A stretch of 64,000 nt of DNA, taken from positions 36,269-100,268 of the forward strand of contig CAZSLF010000002.1 in assembly GCA_964607805.1 (NCBI GenBank), given 5' to 3'. This stretch comes from an uncultured Candidatus Saccharibacteria bacterium (GTDB taxonomy: Bacteria > Patescibacteriota > Minisyncoccia > Phycocordibacterales > CAIZLB01). Each line of letters opens with the position of its first letter. The first letter of the stretch is position 1. Positions 10,205-20,179 of the stretch are shown piece by piece. The notes below the pieces were generated by a model. That model was not told the origin of the DNA, searched no databases, and saw only the letters and a list, made by a program, of their open reading frames with translations. Position numbers and translations under genes: made by a program.

Positions 10205-10627
10205 CTATACTCGTCTAGGCTTCTTAGGCTTCACACCGTTGTGGGGTACGCCAGTCACATCTCGGATAGATGAAAGACCAAAACCTTTAGTGATAAAAGA
10301 TCGGGCAACTGACTCTCGACCAGATCCTACACCCTTGATAACTACTGAAATCTCCTTAACACCCATAACTGAAGCCTTTTCAGCAAGCAATTCGCCTACT
10401 TTAGCTGCTGCATACGGAGTACCTTTCTTTGCACCCTTGAATCCAAGAGCACCAGTTGAAGACCATGCTACAACGTTACCCTTCATATCTGTAAGAGAGG
10501 CTTTAGTGTTGTTGTAAGTTGACTGAATATTCAAAATAGCAGCATCTAGCTTTCTTTTACTAGCTGCTGTACTGGCTTTCTTGCCAGTTGCATCTGCCCC
10601 ACCTGTTGCGATTCTTTTCTTTCCCAT
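10205..10627 (-). CDS. rpsK: 30S ribosomal protein S11
   Basis: 140 aa; the C-terminal …DVTGVPHNGVKPKKPRRV is typical of S11. Confidence 0.95.
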   Translation of the reverse strand: MGKKRIATGGADATGKKASTAASKRKLDAAILNIQSTYNNTKASLTDMKGNVVAWSSTGALGFKGAKKGTPYAAAKVGELLAEKASVMGVKEISVVIKGVGSGRESVARSFITKGFGLSSIRDVTGVPHNGVKPKKPRRV

Positions 10628-10668
10628 AATAGTATTTTAATTAGTTAGGTTAAATAGTGAGGTTAGAA

Positions 10669-11043
10669 TTACTTCTTAGTCTCCTTCTTCTTACCTGAAC
10701 CCATGGTCTTTTTAACCCCCTTAAGTGTTCGGGCATTTGTTTTAGTTCGCTGACCTCGAGCCGGCAGACGTCTAGCATGACGTGATCCGCGGTAGCTTTT
10801 AATATCCTTCAAACGCTTGATATTACCAGAAGTTTCTCGCTTCAGGTCTGCTTCAAGTTTAAAAGATTCAACAATACCTCTGATTTTGTTCTCTTCTTCA
10901 GCTGATAATTCAGATGTTTTCTTACCAAAATCAATACCTGCATCTGTAAGAATAGTCTTTGAACGACTTCGGCCTACGCCAAAAAGAGCCGTCAAGGCCA
11001 TATCAAGCCTTCGATCTGGGATGTTTATACCAAGGATACGCAT
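10669..11043 (-). CDS. rpsM: 30S ribosomal protein S13
   Basis: 124 aa; MRILGINIPDRR… start and basic C-terminus. Confidence 0.95.
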   Translation of the reverse strand: MRILGINIPDRRLDMALTALFGVGRSRSKTILTDAGIDFGKKTSELSAEEENKIRGIVESFKLEADLKRETSGNIKRLKDIKSYRGSRHARRLPARGQRTKTNARTLKGVKKTMGSGKKKETKK

Positions 11044-11056
11044 TTAGTTTACTTGA

Positions 11057-11173
11057 TTAACCTTGTCGTTGTTTGTGACGAGGGTTAGCCTTACATATTA
11101 CGAACAAAACCCCCGCGCGACGGACGGCTTTGCAGTGTGAGCATTTTTTATTCACTGAGGCTCTAACTCGCAT
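11057..11173 (-). CDS. rpmJ: 50S ribosomal protein L36, absent from the ORF track because it is shorter than the cutoff
   Basis: Manual reverse-complement translation gives [38 protein letters not shown] (38 aa). This is a classic L36 with its CxxC…C…H zinc ribbon, in the expected slot between infA and rpsM. An alternative upstream Met is at 11188. Confidence 0.85.
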   Translation of the reverse strand: MRVRASVNKKCSHCKAVRRAGVLFVICKANPRHKQRQG

Positions 11174-11284
11174 AACGACAAAATTCATTAATTAATAATA
11201 ATGAGGTTTTTATCCTACTACAGGACAAAATAAAACGCAAGCGCTATTTTGGCAGATTAGGCCTAAATAGGGCTTTACTTTAGT

Positions 11285-11554
11285 CTAACCTCGTCTTGTA
11301 ATCTTCCCTTTCCCTCCATATGGGTCAATTTCGACAGTAACTCGGTCCCCAATCAGGACTCGGATTCGGTTATAGACCATCTTTCCGGCTAGATATGTGA
11401 GAAGTTCGATATTTTCCCCTTCAGGGTTTTGGTATCGCACCTTAAACATGGCGTTTGGAAGAGACTCTACCACAACACCGTTTATAGTAGGTTTTTGCTC
11501 CTTTTGATTAGCTTGCTGGTTATTATTTTGACTTCTTTGTTGGTTTTTACTCAT
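11285..11554 (-). CDS. infA: Translation initiation factor IF-1 with an N-terminal Q/N-rich extension
   Basis: S1-like IF-1 core (…KVRYQNPEGENIELLTYLAGKM…RVLIGDRVTVEIDPYGGKGKITRRG) at the canonical infA-rpmJ-rpsM position. Confidence 0.9.
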   Translation of the reverse strand: MSKNQQRSQNNNQQANQKEQKPTINGVVVESLPNAMFKVRYQNPEGENIELLTYLAGKMVYNRIRVLIGDRVTVEIDPYGGKGKITRRG

Positions 11555-11640
11555 TTGTAGGTTTTAGGATAGCAGGTATATGGCTTAATTTCAATGTTAT
11601 TTTCACAAATCGGGCTTATATTTTGAGAATCCTGTGGAAA

Positions 11641-13182
11641 TTATTGAATAATTAGGTCAATTTTATTACTTGTAGGGATAGATTTCTTCCAGAAAGGTCG
11701 GATAGAAATTGTAGTTTCAGCTCCTATAATATGTCCTGAAATTATACTGTCGGCTTCGGCGACACTCTTTTTAGCAATTTCCTGCTTCAAATCGAAAGGA
11801 GTGACAGAAAGTCCTGTTTTTATAGTTCCAGATACGTCTACGTTGAATGATCCATTTACAAGAGATTTAGTATCAGTTTCGCTAACATCATATGAAAGAC
11901 TTGCTAGATCATCTTTAATTGGCACCACTTTTTTACCGGCAAGGATATATGTCACTCCCTTCATCAATTGTTCCTTTGAAAGACCGATTGCTTTTGTTGT
12001 AACTCGGACTTTTACACTGCTCACCCCGTCACTATTAGTTATTGTTCCAAGACTTGTAGTTGTCTCGATACTGTCGGTTATTATAATCAAGTCTGCATGA
12101 TTAGCTTTAAATTCATTTATAGCTATATTTTCTGATTCAGTTTTGATTGTTGCGACAGCATCCTGGATTGCGGCCGAATTTGTATCAGGTGCAGTTCCAC
12201 TTTGTCCTCCAGTAAAGTTCGATGCCACTTTTGCATAAATATTCTTATATCTATCAGTTCCGGCAACAAGACCAGGGAGTCTTAATTCTAGGCCCGCAGC
12301 AGCATTGTAAATACTTCCTGGCTTGTCTGCCTCTACTTTTGCAGTGATTGTACCTGGGTTTGATCCACTTTTACCAGGGATTTTAACGTCTGCAATTAGT
12401 CTATATATAGAGCCGTTGGCAGTCTGAACTCTTGTTGTCTTTACCAATTCATAAGGATCAGTGCTGAAATTGTTATATAGAGTTATAGTCCCAGTAGCTT
12501 TTTTGCTAATGGTTATAGTCTTCAAACCTGTAACACTAGCTGTCTTCTCCGCGTTCTTAGTTAGTGCCTCATAGGCAATTGGTTCTGGAAGTGTAGTTGC
12601 TTCGATATTGGCAGTTTGTTCTGGTGCTTCAATTACAATATTTGCTTTTGCGAATATTGTTTGACCAAGTCCTGCAAGAACAAGAAGACAAATAACTAGA
12701 AATGCAATAATTTTCTTTGCCCCACCGCCGCTCTTTCTGCGAATTCTGATATTTGTTGGAATATCCTTGTCCACTTCCCATTTCTTATTAAATTTTTCAC
12801 TAGGAGAAAGATTTTTCTCTTTATCAGCAATTGTTGCAGCGATTTTTGCTTCGTCTTCATGCTCATGTTCCATAATCTCCTCATAGTGAGCCTCTTCAGC
12901 TTGTTCGACATCGCTTAGTTCGCTATCTGAGTCTGCACCACTAATTTTATGTCTCTTAATATCAATTTCCTCTTCGCCGTCTTCTTTTGCTTTTCTTCGT
13001 ACACGTTTAAGAGCGCCGACTTGGGATTTTCGGGCATCTTTCTCTGCTTTGTCTTCTAAGCTTTTAGTTTTTTTGACTAATGGAATATCGCGAATAGAAC
13101 GCTTTTTGCGTCCAGATCCCGTCGTCCCGGCGCCCGTTGATTTCTCGCTAGCCTCTGGTGTATGTTCAAAAGTTTCTTCCAT
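11641..13182 (-). CDS. Hypothetical bitopic membrane protein: charged or disordered cytoplasmic N-terminus, one TM helix, and a ~340-aa extracytoplasmic domain
   Basis: 513-aa ORF. Lys/Glu-rich N-terminal ~150 aa, TM IIAFLVICLLVLAGLGQTIFA, and a Thr/Ser-rich C-terminal domain. Lies directly downstream of the actin-like gene. Confidence 0.6.
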   Translation of the reverse strand: MEETFEHTPEASEKSTGAGTTGSGRKKRSIRDIPLVKKTKSLEDKAEKDARKSQVGALKRVRRKAKEDGEEEIDIKRHKISGADSDSELSDVEQAEEAHYEEIMEHEHEDEAKIAATIADKEKNLSPSEKFNKKWEVDKDIPTNIRIRRKSGGGAKKIIAFLVICLLVLAGLGQTIFAKANIVIEAPEQTANIEATTLPEPIAYEALTKNAEKTASVTGLKTITISKKATGTITLYNNFSTDPYELVKTTRVQTANGSIYRLIADVKIPGKSGSNPGTITAKVEADKPGSIYNAAAGLELRLPGLVAGTDRYKNIYAKVASNFTGGQSGTAPDTNSAAIQDAVATIKTESENIAINEFKANHADLIIITDSIETTTSLGTITNSDGVSSVKVRVTTKAIGLSKEQLMKGVTYILAGKKVVPIKDDLASLSYDVSETDTKSLVNGSFNVDVSGTIKTGLSVTPFDLKQEIAKKSVAEADSIISGHIIGAETTISIRPFWKKSIPTSNKIDLIIQ

Positions 13183-13240
13183 AAAAATTACTTCAAGTTT
13201 TTATTAAAAAGTGCATTATGCACAACAAGTATATCATTAA

Positions 13241-14416
13241 CTATATCATGGCGTTTAATTTTGTCAGGAACCCTGGGTCGCCGTCCACCAATTCTGAAAT
13301 ACCGATGAAATTATTCAATGAACTCCTATCCAAAACATCAATCGTAAGATTCTTTTCTGACATAGTTAGATCAAGGTAATTATCTTTCATTAAATAATCC
13401 TTAAGAACATGTGAAATTACACTTGGAGAAGACAAAAATACATGTGATGGAAAACTGCCAGACATCATTGAGCCGGCCGAGAAATCTTTGATGCCTTTCC
13501 GCCATTTATCCAAAACTGAATTTATTAAAGGTTCAATCTTTCCAACATGCGATGCCTCAAGATTTTTTTGGAAATATAAAGTAAGCAAATTCATAGCAAC
13601 TTCATATGTTACTTTGCAGTTTTCACTTATATCTTTGAGAATATTATTTAGTCCAATTGGCACAGTGCCAAGCTCACTAATATGATTATTTCGCACAATC
13701 TGAATATGCGTCATGATTTCGTTCACGCGGATAATTGCAAAATCAGTTTTTATATTCATAATATCTGCTTCTTTTTGCGCGGCGCTCAAGAGCAAAGTTG
13801 GCTCAGTCTTAATTACAATTTCAGAAATACTATGAAAATATGAGTCTAAGACCTCAGTTAAAATATTTCTTAATGTTGTTTTTGTATAACTAACATATCC
13901 CGCGAGTGAAAGAGAGGTAGCCATTTTTCCTACTGGTTCCTGAATAGAATAGCCGTTTAAAGTGGAATTAAGAATATTTGTCTCTAGAAGTGTGACTTCT
14001 TCTTTATCAGCTCCAGCAATAGCCTTTATTTCAGTATCAAAAGTTTTGTCTATAATCGCTTGAGTAACTTTAAATTCCTTCGCCTGATCAAAATGACTTA
14101 TAACAGTCTTTCCTTCAAACCAAGGAGCTGCCAGAGATACAGTTACCTTACTAATATGATTAACCTGCAAATTGGCATTTTTAATATCCTCATATCTTGT
14201 CTCCTTTAAAATAGCTTGAAGCAAAGTTTTAATTCTACCTTCCAAATATTCATATGTTATTTCAGCATGTTCCGGATTAAATGATTTTGTTCTATATGTT
14301 TCGATAGTTGGACGAGCTGATTCAATACCTTCTTTATTTGAAGATTCTTTTGTTACAAGTGCTGTTGAAATTGAAGTATCAGAAATTGCAATTGCAAGTG
14401 AGACGAGCTTTTTCAT
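13241..14416 (-). CDS. Actin-like ATPase family protein (FtsA/PilM-like), putative
   Basis: 391 aa. The N-terminal LVSLAIAISDTSISTALV resembles the phosphate-1 motif (hhGlDIGtssik) of FtsA/PilM. Assignment rests on weak motif similarity only. Confidence 0.4.
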   Translation of the reverse strand: MKKLVSLAIAISDTSISTALVTKESSNKEGIESARPTIETYRTKSFNPEHAEITYEYLEGRIKTLLQAILKETRYEDIKNANLQVNHISKVTVSLAAPWFEGKTVISHFDQAKEFKVTQAIIDKTFDTEIKAIAGADKEEVTLLETNILNSTLNGYSIQEPVGKMATSLSLAGYVSYTKTTLRNILTEVLDSYFHSISEIVIKTEPTLLLSAAQKEADIMNIKTDFAIIRVNEIMTHIQIVRNNHISELGTVPIGLNNILKDISENCKVTYEVAMNLLTLYFQKNLEASHVGKIEPLINSVLDKWRKGIKDFSAGSMMSGSFPSHVFLSSPSVISHVLKDYLMKDNYLDLTMSEKNLTIDVLDRSSLNNFIGISELVDGDPGFLTKLNAMI

Positions 14417-14489
14417 CCATAAAATTATATCACACTCAAATAAAATTTAGCCAAAAATTTACAACAAACTGCGCAAATTATTTAAACAC

Positions 14490-16391
14490 CTATTTAAGCA
14501 CCGCTTTTATTCTTCGAATTCCTTGCGCAACAGCTTCTTCTTTTTGTATTGAAAATGGTCTCTCGCTATTATTCGGATTTAATTCTCCAGTTTTTGATAC
14601 ATGTGGTCCTCCACAATATTCTTTTGAGAATGCTTCATCGATAGTTCCACCAGGCTCACCAATATAATATACAGTAACAATATCTGCGTATTTTTCGCCG
14701 AAAAAGTGTAGTGCTCCAGTCTTCTCAGCCTCTTCTTGAGGTAAAGACGCTACTTGGACAGGTAGGTCTGCGAGTATTTTTTCATTTACAATATCTTCAA
14801 CTTGTTTCTTCTGATCATCTGTCATCTTTTCAGGATGTGCAAAATCAAAACGAAGACGCTCGGCCGTAATATTGCTTCCCTTTTGCGTAACATGGTCGCC
14901 TAATACAGTTCGAAGTGCTTGGTGTAGCAAATGTGTCGCTGTGTGATATCGAAGTGACATGTCACTTGTGTCTCCAAGGCCACCTTTAAATTTCTTTTCA
15001 GCACCTGAGCGAGAAATTTCTTGATGCTTCTTCATATCTTCTGCAAATGCATGTAAGTCTACTTTCACTCCTCTTTCTTTTGCAATTTCCTGAACTAGTT
15101 CAATAGGAAAACCATAAGAAGTCACAAGTAAAAAAACAGATGACGGTGCTAATGTTGCAGACTTATCTAATTCATTATCTTTGTAATCTTGAGGTGCGCT
15201 TTCAGGTGTAATTGTTGATTTGATTACATTATTAAAATATTTCATCCCTTCTTTTAGAGTATTTCTAAACTTCTGCTCCTCCTTATCTATCGTAATTTTT
15301 ATCGTTTCGCGCATCTTGCCTACATTTTCATAAACTTCTTCATATTGATCACAAACAGTATCAGCGATTTGGAAAAGTGCCTTTGGTTTCAAGTTCAAAA
15401 CATCTGCGAATCGCACAGCTCGACGGATTAGTCGTCTAAGAACATAACCCTGATCTGAATTTGCAGGCAAAACTCCGTCTGAAATTAGCATGACAGATGT
15501 TCGTATGTGATCAGCGATAATACGAGTTGCCTTCAAATCTTTGATAAGATCACGAGACGCAGAAATATCACGCAATTCTTCAATCTTTTGTATAATTGGA
15601 CTAAAAATATCAGTATCGAAAATATTATCCTTTCCTTGGAGAACCATGGCGACTCGTTCGAAACCAGAACCTGTATCTACGTTTTGAGTTGCGAGCTTGC
15701 CAATGACTTTTCCGTCTTTCTTTTCGTACTCCATGAATACATCATTCCAAATTTCAACTACTTCCTGAGCATCATCAGCGGCTAGGAATTGCTCATGACT
15801 CAGGCCGACACCGTCCGCGTATTTGCCACTAACATCATAAAACATCTCGGTGTCGGCCCCACAAGGACCGTTTTCACCTGCACTCCACCAATTGTTTTTT
15901 GCAGGCAAAAAGAAAATACGATTCCCTCTCACTTCATGCTTTTCGAAAATTTCTTTCCATACTTGTGCAGATTCTTCATCTTTTGGAGCGTTTTCATCTC
16001 CTTCAAAACAAGTTACATATAATCGATTTGGATCTAGACCAAAACCGACTTCTTTGTCAGTTAACAACTCGTAACTCCAATTAATTGCTTCTTTTTTGAA
16101 ATAATCGCCAAGTGACCAATTACCCATCATTTCAAAAAATGTTCCATGCGTATTGTCGCCAATATCTTCGATATCAACAGTTCTTACGCACTTTTGAAAA
16201 TTTACAAGACGAGTTCCAAGTGGATGTTTTTCTCCTAAAAGATATGGCACGAGAGGTTGCATACCTGCTGTGTTAAAAAGAACCGAAGGGTCGTTTTCTG
16301 GTACAAGTGGTGCGCTTTGAATAATAGCGTGATTTCTTGGGCTAGATGCGAAGAAATCTAGGAATCGGCGACGAATTTCTTTAGCTTTCAT
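14490..16391 (-). CDS. alaS: Alanine--tRNA ligase, short form lacking the C-terminal (C-Ala) domain
   Basis: Class II catalytic core (…FNTAGMQP…) plus the editing-domain HxxxH motif (HTATHLLHQALR). Start placed at MKAKEIRRRF; the longer ORF reaching 16493 would overlap pepF. Confidence 0.88.
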   Translation of the reverse strand: MKAKEIRRRFLDFFASSPRNHAIIQSAPLVPENDPSVLFNTAGMQPLVPYLLGEKHPLGTRLVNFQKCVRTVDIEDIGDNTHGTFFEMMGNWSLGDYFKKEAINWSYELLTDKEVGFGLDPNRLYVTCFEGDENAPKDEESAQVWKEIFEKHEVRGNRIFFLPAKNNWWSAGENGPCGADTEMFYDVSGKYADGVGLSHEQFLAADDAQEVVEIWNDVFMEYEKKDGKVIGKLATQNVDTGSGFERVAMVLQGKDNIFDTDIFSPIIQKIEELRDISASRDLIKDLKATRIIADHIRTSVMLISDGVLPANSDQGYVLRRLIRRAVRFADVLNLKPKALFQIADTVCDQYEEVYENVGKMRETIKITIDKEEQKFRNTLKEGMKYFNNVIKSTITPESAPQDYKDNELDKSATLAPSSVFLLVTSYGFPIELVQEIAKERGVKVDLHAFAEDMKKHQEISRSGAEKKFKGGLGDTSDMSLRYHTATHLLHQALRTVLGDHVTQKGSNITAERLRFDFAHPEKMTDDQKKQVEDIVNEKILADLPVQVASLPQEEAEKTGALHFFGEKYADIVTVYYIGEPGGTIDEAFSKEYCGGPHVSKTGELNPNNSERPFSIQKEEAVAQGIRRIKAVLK

Positions 16392-16440
16392 GGTTTCCGG
16401 ATTGTAACATGAAGAGGTGGTTTTTTGAAGTTGACTGAGA

Positions 16441-18351
16441 TTATTTAGCAGCAAACAATTTCTCCGCCATTTTAATCTTCCCCGCAATCTCATCTAACCC
16501 TTTTTCGAAGAATTCTGGCTTTGTTACATCGATTCCTATATCTTTAAATACATCATCGGGACGCTTTGATGCTCCGGCGCTTAAGAAATATTCAATTTTT
16601 TCTAAAAATGCTGGATTTCTCTTGTATTCGGCATAAAGTGAGTTGGCAATCAATTGTCCATAAGCATATGCATATACATAGAAGAAATATCTAAAGTGTG
16701 GAATTGAAACATATGCATAACCATCATCTGGAGAGAATTCAAAGGCTGGACCTAGGAAAGCTTTGCGATTTTTTATCAAAGTTTCGGCGATTTCTTCTGA
16801 ACTTAACATTCCTTTTTCTTTTATTTTTGTATGTAAGTCAATTTCAAATTTGAAAAATGAAATTTGGGCATGAGTCGTAAAAACATCATCCTGAATTCTT
16901 TCAAGAAGCATATTCAATTTCTCTTTTTTTGATTCGGCTCGATTGTATTGGTAGTCGAAGAGTACATTTTCAAAAAAAGTACTGGCAACTTCTGCAATTG
17001 AAATACTAAAATCGGAATATAGTGCAGGCTGTGATTTCGAAAGTTCGAAGTGAATAGCATGACCCATTTCATGTGCCATAGTTGATACACTATTTCCATC
17101 ATCGACGTGATTCAGCAATATATATGTTGGAACTCCTGTTCCACTTGAGCAATATGCGCCATTTCTCTTTCCTTTCTTTGGATAGATATCAAACTTCCCT
17201 TCCTTGAGGAAATTCATGAACATCTCTGCAAACTCAGGTTTAATTTTACTAAAAGCATCATAAACAATCTGAACACCTTCATCTAGAGTGTATTTCTTTG
17301 CAGATTTAGCCATGCTTGTACCAATTTCAGCTAAAGTCAGTTTAGGTAGCCCTAAAACTTTCGCTTTCAATTTAAAGAATCTTTGAGAATCTGGAAAACG
17401 TTTTGTAACAGCTTCAACTAAGCTTTCTACACTGGCGATAGAGTTTTGATAGCTCAAAACAGTTGCTTCATATGGTTTTGTAAAGCCACGCAATTCATCT
17501 GTCGATCTTTTATTTGTGATAACTGCATTTAATTCAGCTTCAGCCAAGAAACTAATTTCTTTATATTTCTTTGAAATTTCCGCATGCAAGGCCCGTCTCT
17601 CTTTAATTGGCAAATCACCCTTAATAGCAGAGGCTTCAGTAATTGGAATTAGTTTTCCTTTATGCTTAACCATTTGGCTAGTCAAAAGTTTCTTCTGAGC
17701 GTCTACCCACATGCTGTGAGACGGTGCATGTTTAATACTTAAAAGTTTTTCTTCTGCTTCGGATAGATTATATTTTGCATTTTCAAAAATTTCTTTGAGA
17801 AATGTATAATACTGAGTCAAACTCGCATCTTTTAGAAACTTCTTTTGATTGTCAGGAGTAATTTTTGCCAATTCCAGGTTGAAAAACATAACCTGATTAG
17901 ATGATTTCACCAATCGCTCATGGTATGTATTGAAAAGCGCCTTAATCTTATTATTCTCCGTATCAATATCTTGTAAAAGATGCAAATACCAGAGTGGTTT
18001 GAAGACACCAGTCTTTTCAATTAGCACAGACCAATCGTCGAGTGCGGTTTTGAGAGCTTTTATGTCTGTTGTGTACTTTGGAGCGGCGACTTTTGCTGCG
18101 GTCTTCGCGCTAGAGCCAGTACTGCCGTTACTCGCATACTTCTTTGCAAACTCCGTATATGTCTTGTCAATCAATATTACATCTTTTTCTAGTTGAGGAT
18201 CAGTAATTCCTTTATATATTTGTGAGAAGTCCCATTCAGTTTTAATATGGACTGAGGTTTTTGCAGTTTTTGCTGCCTCCTTGGCAGATTTTTCCTCCTT
18301 AGCTTTTACGGGCGCTTTCGCTGGTGTATTCTCTGATTTGTTTTTTTGCAT
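16441..18351 (-). CDS. pepF: Oligoendopeptidase F-like M3 family metallopeptidase
   Basis: 636 aa with an HEMGHAIHF zinc-binding HExxH motif; length and composition typical of M3B peptidases. Confidence 0.85.
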   Translation of the reverse strand: MQKNKSENTPAKAPVKAKEEKSAKEAAKTAKTSVHIKTEWDFSQIYKGITDPQLEKDVILIDKTYTEFAKKYASNGSTGSSAKTAAKVAAPKYTTDIKALKTALDDWSVLIEKTGVFKPLWYLHLLQDIDTENNKIKALFNTYHERLVKSSNQVMFFNLELAKITPDNQKKFLKDASLTQYYTFLKEIFENAKYNLSEAEEKLLSIKHAPSHSMWVDAQKKLLTSQMVKHKGKLIPITEASAIKGDLPIKERRALHAEISKKYKEISFLAEAELNAVITNKRSTDELRGFTKPYEATVLSYQNSIASVESLVEAVTKRFPDSQRFFKLKAKVLGLPKLTLAEIGTSMAKSAKKYTLDEGVQIVYDAFSKIKPEFAEMFMNFLKEGKFDIYPKKGKRNGAYCSSGTGVPTYILLNHVDDGNSVSTMAHEMGHAIHFELSKSQPALYSDFSISIAEVASTFFENVLFDYQYNRAESKKEKLNMLLERIQDDVFTTHAQISFFKFEIDLHTKIKEKGMLSSEEIAETLIKNRKAFLGPAFEFSPDDGYAYVSIPHFRYFFYVYAYAYGQLIANSLYAEYKRNPAFLEKIEYFLSAGASKRPDDVFKDIGIDVTKPEFFEKGLDEIAGKIKMAEKLFAAK

Positions 18352-18357
18352 GTAGAA

Positions 18358-18975
18358 CTATACTAGCAGGCTTTTGATATTATGAAAATCATCGAGCAAA
18401 ACCTTGCGATTACTACCCTTGTATAGAGCCACCGCTGGATGATACATGGCAATTATGTCAACTTTGCCATAACCAGTCTTCCCTTTAAAAACTTTTCCAT
18501 GAATTTTGGAAATGGGCAAAAGCTCGCAACCAATCCCTGCATATTCAAAAATATATTTCATAGATAGACGCCCAAGTGTCACAATAACTTTCGGCCGAAT
18601 AATTTCAATTTGCTTTTCTAAAAATTTGCCATAGATAGCAATTTCTTCGGGAAATGGATCCCTATTATCCGTCGGCCTATCGTTCACCAAATTCGTCACA
18701 TATACAGTTGTCCTATCCAATCCGATTGAATTCAAGAGAATATCCAAAAACTTGCCAGACGCTCCACAAAAAGGTTTGCCAGTTAGCGATTCTTTCTTTC
18801 CAGGTGCCTCACCGACAAACATAATCTTAGAGTTTAAATCCCCTTCTCCTATTACTGGAAAAGTATTGTTTTGGCGGCGTTCGTCTGCTAACTGAGTTTT
18901 TAGAGCCAAAATTCCATCTCTGACTTTTTGAATTCCCTTGGCTTGTGATTCTGAATTAGATTTTGATCTAGACAT
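18358..18975 (-). CDS. Uracil-DNA glycosylase superfamily protein (family 4/5-like)
   Basis: A GEAPG motif followed by …PFCGASGKFLD…, and a C-terminal HPA motif; 205 aa. Confidence 0.8.
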   Translation of the reverse strand: MSRSKSNSESQAKGIQKVRDGILALKTQLADERRQNNTFPVIGEGDLNSKIMFVGEAPGKKESLTGKPFCGASGKFLDILLNSIGLDRTTVYVTNLVNDRPTDNRDPFPEEIAIYGKFLEKQIEIIRPKVIVTLGRLSMKYIFEYAGIGCELLPISKIHGKVFKGKTGYGKVDIIAMYHPAVALYKGSNRKVLLDDFHNIKSLLV

Positions 18976-18994
18976 GGTGTGATTATAACAAAAA

Positions 18995-19018
18995 ACCCAC
19001 CGTACTAGACGTTGGGTT
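18995..19018 (-). terminator. Hairpin (acccac-cgtactagacg-ttgggt) with a minus-strand T-run, between the 19005..19352 ORF and the UDG start
   Basis: Seen directly; it overlaps the last codons of ORF 19005..19352. Confidence 0.4.
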
Positions 19019-19352
19019 TCGACTGATGATCGGAGCTTTCTTTTTCCTCCAAGAGAACAAATATGGGATATTTATCCTCTGAACTTGTGCGAACTGCGAT
19101 GTATCTAATCCTTCCAGTTATAGTTTCGACAATATGAAAGGCTTCTTCTGGTCGAATATACAGTACGATCAATTCTTCACCTGTTCTTTTATTAATTGCA
19201 GTATAACAGTATCCTTTTTCTGGTTTTGTTAGGAGTACAGATATGTGGATGCTCAGTTGAGGGTGCACACTCATTTTATGGTTTTGGGTAGAAACAGAAA
19301 TAAAGCAGGATTGCTTATGTGAACTTATGCCGAACACATAATGTTGCCTCAT
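19005..19352 (-). CDS. Hypothetical protein (weak call)
   Basis: 115-aa ORF with no motif recognised. Its 3' end overlaps a terminator-like hairpin. Moderately elevated GC. Confidence 0.3.
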   Translation of the reverse strand: MRQHYVFGISSHKQSCFISVSTQNHKMSVHPQLSIHISVLLTKPEKGYCYTAINKRTGEELIVLYIRPEEAFHIVETITGRIRYIAVRTSSEDKYPIFVLLEEKESSDHQSKPNV

Positions 19353-19449
19353 GTCTATTTTGTCAATTTGAGTTTCGATATTTAAAATTTTTTTTGAAAA
19401 TGAAAAGACCTACCCCACGCGGGAGTAGGCCTCGAAGTATCAATCTGTC

Positions 19450-20037
19450 TTAGCCATTACATTGGCTCGATGAGCTTATAGTAGCCGATCTTGCGGTAAA
19501 ATACGGTTGAATCATTATTGAAGGGTTTGTACTCAGCATTCGAATAGCTCGAAGAGGTACTCCTTCGTTCACAGCAAGTACAGGTATAGTAAAGGAGTCT
19601 TCTGACACCTGAATTCTGGAATTCCATGCGGCAATGTACCCAGTCAGATCCTTTGAGCGCAAAGTCTCATCAAAGCTCCTTGCCCGTAACAAACGAGCTA
19701 GACTGAATAATTCCCAAACGTTCAGTTGAGTCCATTTGTGGTCGGGCTCACCTTCCGTTGATTGTAATACTGATAAATTGACGAAATTTTCTATGTCTCG
19801 CGACCCAATTCGTATAGCCTTCTGATAATATATGCGAGGAACTGTCTTGAGCTCGCGGCATATAGCATCAAACCTATCACGATGCTCACGAGCTATCGCC
19901 AATGTCTCTGGCTCAAAGCTCTCATCTCCGGCTTGGTGGGCAAGAAGAACTTTGTCCAGAATTCCATAGTCCACTGGAACATTGAATGCAAAATTGCAGA
20001 TATTCATTTCTACAAGTAGTGTTGGGTGAAATCTCAT
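19450..20037 (-). CDS. Hypothetical protein
   Basis: 195-aa ORF of mixed composition with a hairpin (19405..19433) after its stop; no recognisable motif. Confidence 0.5.
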   Translation of the reverse strand: MRFHPTLLVEMNICNFAFNVPVDYGILDKVLLAHQAGDESFEPETLAIAREHRDRFDAICRELKTVPRIYYQKAIRIGSRDIENFVNLSVLQSTEGEPDHKWTQLNVWELFSLARLLRARSFDETLRSKDLTGYIAAWNSRIQVSEDSFTIPVLAVNEGVPLRAIRMLSTNPSIMIQPYFTARSATISSSSQCNG

Positions 20038-20179
20038 AGAGCAGATACAGTTTATTCGGGATTTGTTTTATATACTTGCATCTAACCATTGTCAGAAGCT
20101 ATTTAAGTACATAAATCTAAAAGATATTATACATTGAATTATGAAATAGTCAATACTATTACTAATTAACAAGAGAGAA

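Noticed and set aside
10194-10517. 107-aa plus-strand ORF antisense to rpsK
   Set aside because: It is antisense to the S11 gene; the translation is Pro/Thr-rich noise.
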